This document shows positions 63,486 to 64,000 of a DNA stretch of 64,000 bases, piece by piece. Every line of letters starts with the position of its first letter. Within the stretch, counting starts at the first letter, position 1. The stretch lies in assembly GCA_947503365.1 (NCBI GenBank), contig CANNDT010000007.1, forward strand, positions 18,812 through 82,811, in the 5' to 3' direction. The position numbers were made by a program, and so were the translations under genes. This DNA is from Acidobacteriota bacterium. GTDB taxonomy: Bacteria > Acidobacteriota > Vicinamibacteria > Vicinamibacterales > UBA2999. The notes under the pieces are model-generated. The model made no database searches, was not told the DNA's origin, and saw nothing but the letters and a program-made list of their open reading frames with translations.

Positions 63486-64000
63486 TCAGACCCGGCGAGT
63501 CTCCAGGTCACGAATCTTGGCGAGCCGGCGGATGTAGCGGGCCTCGCGCATCGGCGTGCCGAGGAATGTGTCGACGATGGCCAGGGCGTCCGCGGGGGTG
63601 ACGAGGGTAGAACCGAGCGCCAGCACGTTGGCGCCGTTGTGCTGCCGCGCGTAGCGCGCCAGCGTCTCGTTGAGGCAATTGGCCGCGCGCACGCCCCGCA
63701 CCTTGTTGGCGGCGATGGTCGAGCCGAGGCCGGCCCCGTCGATGGCAATCCCCGCATCCGCTTCCCCGCGCGCGACCTGCACGGCCACCGCGCCAGCGGT
63801 ATCCGGGTAGTCGACCGGATCGGTGCTATCGGTGCCGAGGTCGTGCACGGTGATGCCGCGTCCCCGCAGGTGCTGGAGGATCGATTTCTTCAAGGCGAGC
63901 GACGTGTGGTCTCCGGCGATCGCCACCGTGCGGATGTCGGCGGCCGGCGCCAGCGAGGCGGCGTCGACGTCGGTGCTCTCGCTGACGATGGAAATGCGCC
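63486..64000 (-). CDS. rpiB: RpiB/LacA/LacB sugar-phosphate isomerase with N-terminal extension (5' end outside the window)
   Basis: [28 protein letters not shown]; the frame stays open upstream to the window edge. Confidence 0.88.
   Translation of the reverse strand, partial: RISIVSESTDVDAASLAPAADIRTVAIAGDHTSLALKKSILQHLRGRGITVHDLGTDSTDPVDYPDTAGAVAVQVARGEADAGIAIDGAGLGSTIAANKVRGVRAANCLNETLARYARQHNGANVLALGSTLVTPADALAIVDTFLGTPMREARYIRRLAKIRDLETRRV

Overview
GC-rich (about two-thirds G+C by eye) bacterial chromosome segment. Gene content and order suggest Acidobacteriota, probably class Vicinamibacteria (inference). It is mostly housekeeping DNA: coaD/rsmD/recG, lexA-nth-rsmA-rnj-ftsK-amidase, pepA, scoAB-thiolase, an aromatic amino-acid supraoperon (aroD/E'-trpEGDCFBA-chorismate mutase-aroF-tyrA), an S55 protease/beta-propeller pair, an ECF sigma/anti-sigma pair, dppBC, two VapC toxin-antitoxin modules, a large sigma54 activator, aroC-def-fmt-rsmB-PASTA-rpe-bamD, pgsA, manC/manB, tRNA-Gly(CCC), and deoC/rpiB with N-terminal extensions suggestive of a microcompartment locus continuing past the window. 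Main observations not in the ORF track: (1) a 31-aa F/Y/WWW leader peptide with terminator and antiterminator controlling the aromatic supraoperon; (2) a family of intergenic elements made of tandem 7-, 8- or 9-bp units, several followed by their inverted copies, sitting at stop codons; (3) two REP-like units captured in frame and tandemly amplified inside genes; (4) an AroD-AroE fusion with the dehydrogenase core deleted; (5) an apparently circularly permuted S55 protease; (6) an anti-sigma with a TonB-C-like domain; (7) LexA and antitoxin operator candidates. All calls come from reading the sequence; no database searches were run.
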